NCBI GenBank assembly: GCA_040285855.1
Contig: JAUFOQ010000005.1
Coordinates: 1,426,001-1,490,000 of the forward strand
DNA from: Eukaryota sp. GEM-RC1
Lineage: Eukaryota
Direction: 5' to 3'
DNA length: 64,000 nucleotides
The position numbers and the translations under genes were made by a program. Under the pieces are notes generated by a model. That model worked only from the letters and a program-made list of their open reading frames with translations. It had not been told where the DNA came from and did not search any database. Of this stretch, positions 52,786 to 64,000 are shown piece after piece (positions within the stretch are counted from its first letter, which is position 1; each line of letters starts with the position of its first letter).

Positions 52786-53675
52786 AAAAAGATGGGGTTT
52801 ATGATCAGTCACTGAAATAAATGCATTTGCAGAAGTTAATAACTAACAGACACTAACTAAAGTATATAAACTATGATCCTTCTGTCTATCACCGAACAAC
52901 TTACTTAAAATTGAATTAAAATATCTGTGCATTGAACGAAACAACGCAAAAGTTAACGTACTCAACCAAAAATCTTCATTGCACATTTTACCGTACTCAG
53001 GACATAATTTACCAAAAGAAGTTAAAAAACCTTGTGCAGCTGGTTTCAATATTACCGTATATCGACATCGCAAAGGTTGAAACACAATAAAATTGTACCT
53101 GTCAACATTAAATTGGTTTATTAAGTGACAATATTTTGTTCTTTTTCCTTTTTCAGCCACTTCAAGAGCAGAAAAATCATCAAAAATTTTGGAAATTGAT
53201 CTTGAATTACAAGGATCAACAGTCGTGAAATCCATAATAATTTCCTGACAAGATAACCAAGGACCAATCAAATCACCACGACTTCTTTCAACTTTTGGCT
53301 GATCAGAAAGATTAGCAAGTAAAGGGTCAATTTTTCCATGAAAACCATTAGCCTTAAACATATCCAAACATGTATCTCGGATACTGTAGTGAATAATTGA
53401 CCAAAATGAATAAATTGATGACAGTTAACTAAATGATGAAAATTTGAAGCCTTTGAACGACCACAAAGACATGCAGAATGCTTCAAAAGACCTCAAGGCC
53501 ATAAACCTAACCTAAGTCTCATGTTTATAAGCCATTCATGATTCTTAAGATTAAAACAAAATTTTCTTGGCAAACGAGAAACAAATGAAGACGCAGCGAT
53601 TGAAGAAATAATATTCAAAAAAAAGCACAAAATGCGGGACTCTTAGTCTTAGCCAAGCAAATACAGTTTCTAAAG
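52786..53675 (-). mobile_element. 5'-truncated RLE-type non-LTR retrotransposon, copy 3
   Basis: Highly similar to 18954-19845. TSD ATCTTATTTCT at 52775-52785 and 53676-53686. Confidence 0.9.
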
Positions 53676-53686
53676 ATCTTATTTCT

Positions 53687-56600
53687 TGAATTTCTTAGTG
53701 ATAATCAGTCCAACTCTAATTTTAAAATGAGTAATCTGAGTAGCTATGACATTGGATTACATGATCATGTGCTTTTTTTGAACAGTTTAATACCCATCAA
53801 TCACCACTATGCATAGAAGTGGCTCCTCATTCAATTGATTATGTTCTTTATGATCAACATTTTAATGACAATGATTCAATTTCACTTGTAACTGCTTTAA
53901 ATTTTTATTTTCATATTGAACGTGTCGAATGTCATGGTTTGAGAATTGTTCGGGGTTTAAAAAGTGTAAATGTTCACTGTTTTATTGCTTTATTTCCAAT
54001 ATATTCTTTGAGCAAATCAGTAATAGCGGTTGATATTTCCCCTCGTATAATTGAAACTTCTCTTGGTGTTGTTTATTACGACATAACGGTTGATAACTAT
54101 GACTTAATTTCTCTTTTAACTGCTTCCAAAATTGAATGATCCTAGTAAACGAGTCGAATGTCTTGAACTTGAAACTCTCAGTTAAGAACGAATTATTAAT
54201 ATATTTGAAGTTCTTTCCATCAGCAGATCAGTATTAGATGTTGATATTTCTCCTCACATTATTGACTTTGAAAATGCCGTGTTTTGTTTCTCACCAGAAA
54301 CTCTTACTCAAATAACTTCTGAAGAACCCACAGCACTACCTGGTTTTTTGGATAGGTTTACTATCAAAGTATTTACTGTCCGAAACTGTCTCATTTGTCG
54401 ATTTGGAGTGCCTGTTGTACATGACGTCATCAAAAAACATTCATTGACTTCTTTCAACTTCACAGTGCCTAAAAACAGTATTCTTGAATTTCACAATGAA
54501 AATCAGTCCATATCTAATTTTAAAATGATCAATTTCAGCAACATTGATATTGGGTTTAATACTCTTTTGACTATGTTCAAAGAGTTTTCTACTCACGAAT
54601 CACCACCAATTGTCGAAGTTTATCCTCATTCTATTGACTTTTCTCTTGGTATTATCAGTTGTTATGGTACTATCAGTTGGTATGGTACTATTTCAAGAAC
54701 TGATATGTATTCACTTATTTATGTCTTAAATTTAAAGCTACCCATAAAACGTGTTGACTGTCATGGATTAATTGATCCCTGTTTTGATTGTATTGTTGCC
54801 CTATATCACCTTCTTTTCATTAATAATTCATTGATTGATGTAGATATTTTTCCTCATTACATTGACACAGAATCTGGAATTTTTTCCTTTTCAACACTAA
54901 ATCATATTGAAATTACTGTTGAGATTGTCTGTGATTTAAGTTCCTTTGATCTTAAAGAACTCACCTTACAAAAAGAGCGTTTTGCTGACGATGGTTTGAC
55001 AGTGTTATGTGATTTGTTAATGGTCAATACTTACTAACTTATCTTGAATTATCTGATTGTGATTTGTCTGATACAGATTTCTTGAAAATAGTTGATTCTC
55101 TTCGACTTAATTCCTCTTTAAATGTTAGATCAATGTACTTCGGGGGTAATTTTTTTTTGGAAATTGCAGTGCAAAAGCCTTAGCCGAATTATTGAAAGAA
55201 AATACTACAGTATCCAAAATTCATCTTTGGGGTAATTTTATTGGTAATCAAGGTGCTTTAGGATTTTCAAACTTATTGATGTTAAATTACACTATTGAAG
55301 TTATTAATCTAGGGAATAACCCTATTAATCAAGGTACTAAAGCAGAGATTCAAAAATTATCCAATGGAAAGATTGTATTTCACTAGAAGTAATCAATCAG
55401 TCAGTCAGTATTCGTGGGAAATCAATCATAAATTCGCCACTCTTTGTCGTGACTTCAAGAACTTATCAAAACAAATCGACTTTTTGATGAGTTTTGGCCT
55501 TGTGACGGGGGTGTCATTTGAGGTATTAAAAATTGTTACAATAAAAATCTATAATTCTATTGTTGATTTGTATCTTCTTCTACTCATGTAAAATACCGTT
55601 TTGTTCAGATAAGCTCACAACTTTGTTAAAATCTTAATTATATTTAATTACCTGTGGTTGGGTGCATCTTTTATTAGTTAGGGTTGATCGGGCAGTTATG
55701 GATATTGATGTTTAACCTCATATTTTAGATGTGTTTGATTAAATATTCGCCCCAGGAATTTGTTACACCAACTTTCAACGAAGTTTCATTATTAAAGTCT
55801 GATTTACAGAACTTTTGCATCAAATTGTTGTCCTTAATCCATTGAGATTTTTCCAATGAAATTACTCCTCTGTGTGACCAAGTCAGTGCCAATCAGTCAT
55901 TGACTTCTGTTAACTTCAGTCACTGTCAGCTGGCCAACAAGGATTACTCTTCTTTGTCAATAACTCTCAGTGAAATGACTTCTATACGTCTTATTAACTT
56001 AAGTAGTCCAAATCTTACACTTCACTGTCATTTGGATGTTCTGCAACAGTTTTGAGTTGTTAAGTCAATACCAGTATTTGAAGTTTGCCTCATTATTTTG
56101 ATATTTCTACTGGCTACATTGATTTTCACGGTTATATCAGCAACTTTAGTTTAAGGTCACTATTAGATGTTTTTAAATCAAACGTTTCTATTAAATGAGT
56201 TCACTGTCGTGGGTTCAAGAATCCCAGTTTTAATGACTTTTTTATGTTGATTGAAATGAATTCTATATCAAAATCAGTTATTGATTTGACTGTCCTCACC
56301 TTGTAGACATTTGGATTGTTTGGTTTTTCCCCATGTACATGTGTGCTATTGACTTCCTAAGAAGTCATATCTCTAAACTCCTTTTAAAATGTTCTGTGAT
56401 CAAAGAGCATTATCTTCCCCATAATGCAATCAGTCTATTAAGTGATTTAATAAGAATCAATTCTTCATCGACTTTTGTTGACCTCAGTAACACACAATTT
56501 ACAGACTTTAATTTCTCTGTTTCAGGCTGATGTTCTCATGAGGCCCATCAACATACGTTATATCAATCTAAGTGATGCAAACCTTCAGTTTAGTCATCTT

Positions 56601-56735
56601 TTGATAATTTTGCGAATAGTTTTCTACTCACGAATCACCACCAATTATTGAAGTTTATCCTCATTCTATTGATTTTTCTCTTAGTACTATCAGTTGTGTT
56701 GATACTACATATTTCAGATACTGATGTATATTCAC
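53687..56735 (+). pseudogene. decayed 'PHSID/IKRVxCxG' repeat-protein genes, copy 2
   Basis: Duplicate of 45165-48205 with both shared and private lesions. Confidence 0.7.
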
Positions 56736-58216
56736 GTAGTGCGTAGTTTGTTGGTAATCAAAAGTAGTACTTACTCCAATGGTAATGTGAAGGAAAAACA
56801 AAAGTGGTTTAATCGTGGAGTAAACGAGAAAGGTAAAAGGGAAGCGATTTTAAGAAATGAACTTGTGGAACTCTATTACGGAAGGGCAAGTGAAATGGAT
56901 TCTCTCAGATATTGTCAAGTCTAGTTATGGATGATAGACATATAGTAAGTTTGAGATTGTATTCTATCTTTCTTACGTTGACTTACTTACTTTTGCTTAT
57001 TGTCCCGCAAAACAAATCATGATGGCACTGGAACAAAAATTTCACATATGAAGTTCTGAGGTTGTCCTGGTATTATTATTAGGCACACAGCTTACGTTCC
57101 GTAGCTCAAGATAGCCCACGTTTTCCTACTTTCCAAATCTGCATAGTCTCCAGATCATGTTTCCTTTACAAACTGTGATGTAAAAGTGGAGAAATTCTAT
57201 TGGATACTGTCTTTTCTATTATTCCACATGAAAAGTAACACATTGAGCTTCATATTGAATTCATTCCAACAATCACCTTCTGATCCGTTCGGAGTAGGGT
57301 CGAGTAAACAACATTTGTATTGAAATATTTGAAATATAAGCAGTGTGTATATTTATTTTCGGCAGCGGACAAACTGCAGTATATATTTTTCAGAAGTCAA
57401 AAACAATTGATTATTTTTTCGTTTTTCTCCGTCTATGAGACCAAAACTGCTCAAGATGCTGACATTCATCACTTTGTCGCCATTGAGACCGGTCATGAAA
57501 CTCCCGAGGAAATCCAATTAAAATTAAATAACCCAAGATAAATGTTCAAATAGTATATAGAAAATTGATGACTATGAGGAAAATGATTCCATTACAATGA
57601 ACTCAGTTGATATGTAAGAACAACACGACATGTCATTTTCCAAAAGTAAAATCGACCAATAAATAGCTCAAGATTAGTGTCGATTTATTTAATTATTTGA
57701 TAGCAGAGGTTCGGTAGAACTAAAACGTTCAAAACAGTGTCAAACTGGGAGCCATCAATCCCACGAGCTTAATGTGAACCATTGTGTTATGATGAAATTC
57801 AATCCGAACCACGAATCCAACATGTACTGATAAATCTACGGATGTAAAAGGCATATTGGAATGGTAAGGTATTCAATGATGTGACACGTCATCAAAAGGA
57901 ACAGTCCAAATCTACACATTTCTGATCACCATCGCACTAAAAGCGACAAGATTGTAACAAGGAATCGCATTGAATAATTGGCATGCTCTCTAATTCTGAT
58001 ATATTGTAGCATTGATTCTGAGCACCACAATACGTCATTTTTGATGAACAATCTCACGTTGTCTAGAAGAATGATTCATGACGGATTAAAAGGATTAACT
58101 GACGATAGTTCAGGTGACTAGTTCAGGTGATTCTAAGATGGGAACCACAAGATGTCAGATGAAAGACATTAGTAAGTTTGAGAGAACGCAGAAAGTTCTC
58201 ATTTCTAAATCCATCA

Positions 58217-59550
58217 ATGGCCACACCTCGCCCTGAATCTTTGTTGCAAAGGAGTCGTCCATCCCCTTCCAGTATCTCCTCTGAGATGTCTAACTGTGGC
58301 GAACTGTCGATATTGTCTTCAACCACACATCCTCCCTCTAAACGTGTCCATGTTCAGCAGACTTTGTTGATTCTGATACATCTTCACTTGCTGAGACGTC
58401 TTCTCAACCGTACTCTTGAAAATAATCACGATCGAAATCCTCAACTCACTGATTTGAAAGCAACACTACCTGAATTCTTTGAACAAGTTGGCTATGTAAG
58501 TAATCACTTCCTTGATTCTTCATTCCAAGCAGTTAAAGTCATTTTTCAGTTATACACTTTTGATGTTGATCTTAAAGACCTTCCCAAGCTAATTTCACTT
58601 GCGTCTTTCTTTGGAGTGGATCTACAATCGGTTTTCATGTACGCTTACAGAACCCTAGAAATTGAGAACTTTCTTAATTATTCTGGTTTAATTACAGGAT
58701 TCGGAATCGAACTAAGGGAACCCTCTGATTTAGAATTTCTAAACACTTCTTTTTCTTTATTTCCACGTCTTAAGCAACTAGAAGTAGAAGTGTTCCAACG
58801 CACCTCTGTTTCTATGTTATTGGTTGAAGCGTTGAAAACCAATACTACAGTTACAAGTGTTACTCTAGATGGAAACTCTATTGGAGATGAAGGTGCCAGA
58901 GCTTTGGCAGAGGCATTGAAAGTAAATATTTCTATTACAAGTGTTAATCTGTGGGAAAACTCTAAGGTGCCAGAGCTTTGGCAGAGGCCTTGAAAGTTAA
59001 TTCTTCAGTTACAAGTGTTGATCTAAGCAGAAACTCTATTGGAGCTGAAGGTGCCAGAGCTTTGGCAGAGACGTTGAAAGTTAATGCGTCTGTTACAAGT
59101 GTTAATCGTAGTAACAACTCTATTGGAGCTGAAGGTGCTAGAGCTTTGGCAGAGGCGTTGAAAGTTAATTCTTCACTTACAAGTATTAATCTAGGCGGAA
59201 ACTTTATTAAAGATGAAGGTGCCAGAGCTTTGGCAGAGGCGTTGAAAGTGAATGCTTCAGTAACAAGTGTTAATCTGTGGCGAAACTCTATTGGAGCTGA
59301 AGGTGCTAGAGCTCTGGCAGAGGCGTTGAAAGTAAATGCTGCAGTTACCAGAATTGATCTACGTGAAAACTCTATTGGAGATGAAGGTGCCAGAGCTTTG
59401 GCAGAGGCGTTGAAAGTGAATGCTTCAGTAACAAGTATTGATCTGGAGTATAACTCTATTGGAGATGAAGGTGCCAGAGCTTTGGCAGAGGCGTTGAAAG
59501 TTAATCATAGAGTTGAAATAGAGGGTGTACGTCAACGTAATAGATTGTAA
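58217..59550 (+). pseudogene. RI-like LRR family protein E, 8 repeats, 10-bp deletion near 58963
   Basis: AACTCT-AAGGTGCC vs consensus AACTCT ATTGGAGATG AAGGTGCC. Confidence 0.88.
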
Positions 59551-60189
59551 TTACTAATTAGTTTTCGATACAAATTGATTCTCGTTGTCCTTCACTATAT
59601 CTAAGTGTAGTGTATGTGAGGCATTGCATTTCTGACTGGATTTTTGATGATTTCTTTTTTCTCATGGTAAGAAGAATGTTTCTAGGTGATAGTCATTTCT
59701 TTACTTATCAATCATTTTAACTGAAGTTTTCAAATTTGATATCCGTAAAACCACATATTTCTGTTACATTAAGACGAACCCAACAACCAGACGAAAATAG
59801 TCATACAATATTTTGGAAATCAGATACAATTTAAATCTATTTTCCTCATAAATTTCAAATCTTTCAAATCCTTAACTACTAACATCATTTACTGCATCAA
59901 CGCTTTTAAACGTGGTGTTGTCTAAGATGTCGATACTTAGTTAGTTTCCTCGCTGCTGCTGACGTGGCCTGCTGACATGGCCACCAAGTCTTAAACAATT
60001 GTTGTTAATGTGCTGTACAGATCTGCATTTCTTCACTTTCGGTCAATGTTGGCCTAGGTTGCGAAAGTACGTTATCTCAATCAATCATTAGTGATGAAGA
60101 TTTTGAATTAAATTATTGATTGCTGACAGTGGAAAAATTATAGTACTTACTATTTGTTTTTAGCATTCTTTAATATTAAAAAAACTAAA

Positions 60190-61941
60190 ATTTGATACCA
60201 TTGAAACATCACCCATCACTAACAACAAAGCTTTGTCCTCATAAAAGGAACTCACCGTTAATAATGCTTAGGAGATGATTGTGACTACATACACCGCACA
60301 CAACTCTCTCTCCTCATGTCCCGTTTTATCAAAATACAGCATGGACAATATCGTCCTTTAAAAAGATAAAGTGGGTTTACGTCACACAAAAAGCAAGAAG
60401 AACAATCGTCCCTTCTATTCTATTTACAGATTTCCAAGACAGAACAATAGTTGGACTATTGATGAAGAAAAATACTGTTTTCAGCACAATCATGAGCTAA
60501 TAGAAGAAAGCTGATATGGCTTCATTTCGTTCAAAACAAATGGATGGTGAACTAAAGTCCTTGGTTTGTGCTATGTTGAATGCTTTGATTCCTGCTTCAG
60601 ACATACTGAGCTGTATTCAGCAGAAATTTCCTGAATCATCTTTAGTGCTGAAAGATATTCATAACTTGCGAACTGAAACTTATAAGGTGGATCCCTTTAT
60701 TTGTCAAACCGTGGATGAATTAATTAAAAATTTCCATGGAAAGAATTGTTTTGTTGAAGTTAATTGGAATTCCCTTAGCCACATTACTTATTTAATGTCC
60801 CTCAGTTTCTCTTTATCAGGAATACGGAACGGTGCTTCAAATGGATTGGACCTACAAGACTAACAGCCACAAATTGTCCCTTATGGCTTTTGTAGGTAGA
60901 ATTTTTCACATTGGTTTTGCATTTCTAACTTCTGAATCATCTTTGGACTTCAATTGGTGCTTAAAACGATTTGAAGAAGTTACTCAATTAGTACCAGAAT
61001 TATTTCTTACTGACCGAGACCTGGCACTCGTTAATGACATTCAATTTATTTTCCCAGAAGAAAATGGAACTCACCATTTGCTCTGTGTCTGGCACATATT
61101 TCAAAAGTGGTAAAGAATTGTGCAAAATATTTTAAGGGTCGCAATAAGGCACAATTTGAAGATTTTTTGGTGAGTTTAAAGCAATTGATTGGTATTAAAA
61201 GACCAGCAGAATATCCAGAAGCAGAGAGAATGTTCAAGAAAAAATTTAGTTTTGTCCCCAAGACTGTTAAATACCTGGACGATGAGTGGCTGAAGTATAT
61301 GGAAAAGTTTGTCCACTGTTTCTTTCAAGGAAAAATTAACTTAGGACAAGTTACAACATCCAGAGAATCTGGCCATCAAGCTGTGAAAAGAAGATTGAGG
61401 CTGAGTGTAGCCCCAATGAATGTTGTAATTGCCAAAGTTTCACAACACTTGAACCTCCAAATGCAAGCATTCAGAATTAATGGGGAAAGAGAGAAGAATT
61501 CTACTTGAACAGAGTTTCTCTCAAGTGAGTGGAAAGAGTTATTCCAACAAGTAAACAGAAAGATTTCAGGCAACGTACTGAGGAAAGTACTTGCAGTTGC
61601 TAAGAACTGCAAGTACTTTCATCATTACATTGAGTGAAACAATTTTATTAGACGAGTGTTTAGATGAATGTTTAAAACACGAAGGGCTTCCTTGTTGCAA
61701 AGAGATTCATTCATTAATTGAAACAGGGGAATCTTTGAATCAAGAACACTTCCTTCGACAATGGTCAGGGCAAAACAACCCACAAGAAGAAGAGACTGAG
61801 AAACTGATTATCGAAATGATTGACCAAGTTAATGGAGAAGACGAAGAGTTCAAAAGAATGTTTCTTCAACATGCAAAGTGTTTCATGGAAGAGCAAAAGG
61901 GATTATTAAAGGGACCAGAGTGTAAGCGCAAGAGGGGATAA
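60190..61941 (+). mobile_element. MULE (Mutator/FAR1-like) transposase pseudogene
   Basis: HNHEL, DWTYKTN, TDRD, CVWH, TTSRESGH and SWIM-like GLPC. Several frameshifts. GCTGACGTGGC/GCTGACATGGC motifs at ~59958-59981 may be subterminal. Confidence 0.9.
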
Positions 61942-62119
61942 GATTTCTTTAGTTAATAACTCAATATGTTTTTGATATGGAATAGGGAAGAATGATGCAA
62001 GAGAAATCAGCTTGAGACACAACATAAACAAGAATGTCGTGTGGAGACTCTCCCACTGGAGAGTAAAATGTCGTGTGGTGTATATAGTCTATCCCGAAAG
62101 ACCACACTTTGATCTATCA

Positions 62120-63973
62120 ATGGTCACCCCTCGCCCTGATTCTTTGTTGCAAAGGAGTCGTTCAATTTCTCCCGTTACCTCGTCTGTGATGTCTAACTCT
62201 GACGAACTGTCTGTATTGTCTTCAACCACACATCCTCCCTCTAAACGTGTCCATGTTCAGCAGTCTTTGTTGATTCTGATACATCTACACTTGCTGAGAC
62301 GTCTTCTCAACCGTACTCTTAAAAATAATCATGATCGAACTAATCCTCAACTGACTGCTTTGAAAACAGCATTACCTGCATTCTTTGGACAAGTTGGCTA
62401 CGTAAGTAATCACTTCCTTGATTCTTCATTCCAAGCAGTTAAAGTCTATTTTCATTTACACACCTTTCATGCTGATCACAAACACTTTCCCAGACTAATT
62501 TCACTTGCTTCTTTCTTTGGAGTAGATCTACAATCTGTTTTCTTGCACATTCCCGAAAGCTTAGAAATTGAGAAATTTCTAAATTATTCTGGTATAATTA
62601 CAGGATTGAGAATCGAACTAAGGGAACCCTCTGATTTAGAGTTTCTAAACAATTCTTCTTCTTTATTTCCACGTCTTAAGCAGCTAGAAGTAGAAGTGCC
62701 GAGACAACGCTCCTCTGTTTCTATGTTATTGATTGAAGCTTTGAACACCATTACTACAGTTACAAGTGTTGATCTAACTGGAAACTCTATTGGAGATGAA
62801 GGTGCCAGAGCTTTGGCAGAGGCGTTGAAAGTTAATACTTCAGTTACAAGTATTAATCTACGGGGCAACTCTATTGGAGATGAAGGTGCCAGAGTTATGG
62901 CAGATGCGTTGAAAGTGAATGCTTCATTTACAAGTGTTAATCTGAGTTACAACTCTATTGGAGATGAAGGTGCCAGAGTTATGGCAGATGCGTTGAAAGT
63001 TAATACTTCAGTTACAAGTATTGATCTGGGTGGAAACTCCATTGGAGCTGAAGGTGCCGAAGCTTTGGCAGATGCATTGAAAGTGAATGCTTCAGTTACA
63101 AGTGTTAATCTGAGTTACAACTCTATTGGAGATGAAGGTGCCAGAGTTATGGCAGATGCGTTGAAAGTTAATACTTCAGTTACAAGTGTTAATCTGAGTT
63201 ACAACTCTATTGGAGATGAAGGTGCCAGAGCTTTGGCAGAGGCGTTGAAAGTGAATTCTTCAGTTACAAGTATTGATCTGGGTGGAAACTCTATTGGAGA
63301 TGAAGGTGCCAGAGCTTTGGCAGAGGCGTTGAAAGTGAATTCTTCAGTTACAAGTATTGATCTGGGTGGAAACTCTATTGGAGATGAAGGTGCCAGAGCT
63401 TTTGCAGAGGCGTTGAAAGTCAATGATTCAGTTACCAATATTCATCTGCATGGCAACTCTATTGGAGCTGAAGGTGCCAGAGCTTTGGCAGATGCATTGA
63501 AAGTCAATACTTCAGTTACAAGTGTTAATCTGGGTGGAAACTCTATTGGAGATGAAGGTGCCAGTGCTTTGGCAGAGGCGTTGAAAGTCAATACTTCAGT
63601 TACAAGTATTAATTTAGGTAAAAACTCTATTGGAGATGAAGGTGCCAGAGCTTTGGCAGAGGCCTTGAAAGTTAATGGTTCAGTTACAAGTATTTGTCTG
63701 TGGAAAAACTCTATTGGAGATGAAGGTGCCAGAGCTTTGGCAGAGGCATTGAAAGTGAATGCTTCAGTTACAAGTGTTAATCTGCACTACAACTGTATTG
63801 GAGCTGAAGGTGCCAGAGCTTTGGCAGATGCATTGAAAGTCAATACTTCAGTTACAAGTGTTAATCTGAGTTACAACTCTATTGGAGATGAAGGTGCCAG
63901 AGCTTTGGCAGAGGCGTTGAAAGTTGATCATAGAGTTAAAATACAGGGTGTAGGTCAACTTAATAGATTGTAA
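62120..63973 (+). CDS. RI-like LRR family protein F, 14 repeats
   Basis: Intact ORF from the family-conserved ATG. The track's longer start at 62012 lies in non-homologous sequence. Confidence 0.92.
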   Translation: MVTPRPDSLLQRSRSISPVTSSVMSNSDELSVLSSTTHPPSKRVHVQQSLLILIHLHLLRRLLNRTLKNNHDRTNPQLTALKTALPAFFGQVGYVSNHFLDSSFQAVKVYFHLHTFHADHKHFPRLISLASFFGVDLQSVFLHIPESLEIEKFLNYSGIITGLRIELREPSDLEFLNNSSSLFPRLKQLEVEVPRQRSSVSMLLIEALNTITTVTSVDLTGNSIGDEGARALAEALKVNTSVTSINLRGNSIGDEGARVMADALKVNASFTSVNLSYNSIGDEGARVMADALKVNTSVTSIDLGGNSIGAEGAEALADALKVNASVTSVNLSYNSIGDEGARVMADALKVNTSVTSVNLSYNSIGDEGARALAEALKVNSSVTSIDLGGNSIGDEGARALAEALKVNSSVTSIDLGGNSIGDEGARAFAEALKVNDSVTNIHLHGNSIGAEGARALADALKVNTSVTSVNLGGNSIGDEGASALAEALKVNTSVTSINLGKNSIGDEGARALAEALKVNGSVTSICLWKNSIGDEGARALAEALKVNASVTSVNLHYNCIGAEGARALADALKVNTSVTSVNLSYNSIGDEGARALAEALKVDHRVKIQGVGQLNRL

Positions 63974-64000
63974 TTACTAATTAGTTTTCGATACAAATTG

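Noticed and set aside
62750..63930. Diversity-generating retroelement (the codon before L varies as NNT around AAT, and RTs are nearby)
   Set aside because: Scaffold adenines, including synonymous ones, are conserved. The dipeptide codons vary at all positions, no template repeat is visible, and the RTs are ordinary gypsy and non-LTR types.
1..64000. Alternative genetic code explaining the many in-frame stops
   Set aside because: Intact 450-620 codon genes contain no internal TAA, TAG or TGA, and family members end on all three. The broken ORFs also carry frameshifts.

Overview
AT-rich eukaryotic (most likely protist) genomic DNA read with the standard genetic code. I found no rRNA, tRNA, CRISPR or prokaryotic operon signal. 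The window is a transposon-rich accessory region. It holds six members of an intronless RI-like LRR gene family (three intact, three frameshifted, 50 repeats of 84 bp in total), two BTB-SPRY genes, several decayed copies of a second repeat-protein family and one small Cys-rich secreted-peptide candidate. Mobile elements include many hAT relics and MITEs, a pogo-like relic, two MULE copies, a decayed Ty3/gypsy gag-pol and a family of RLE-type non-LTR retrotransposons. The right third of the window is built from recent segmental duplications. The strongest signal is in the LRR arrays: the repeats are nearly invariant even at synonymous sites, except for a hypervariable dipeptide (29 different dipeptides in 50 repeats, no stops). 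Repeat number and order differ completely between genes whose flanks are almost identical, which suggests a rapidly diversifying recognition repertoire. The BTB-SPRY pair shows the same fixed-scaffold/variable-patch pattern. Separately, three non-LTR insertions each have an 11-bp TSD and an oligo-T rather than poly-A 3' end. All counts and alignments were made by eye; no database searches were run.
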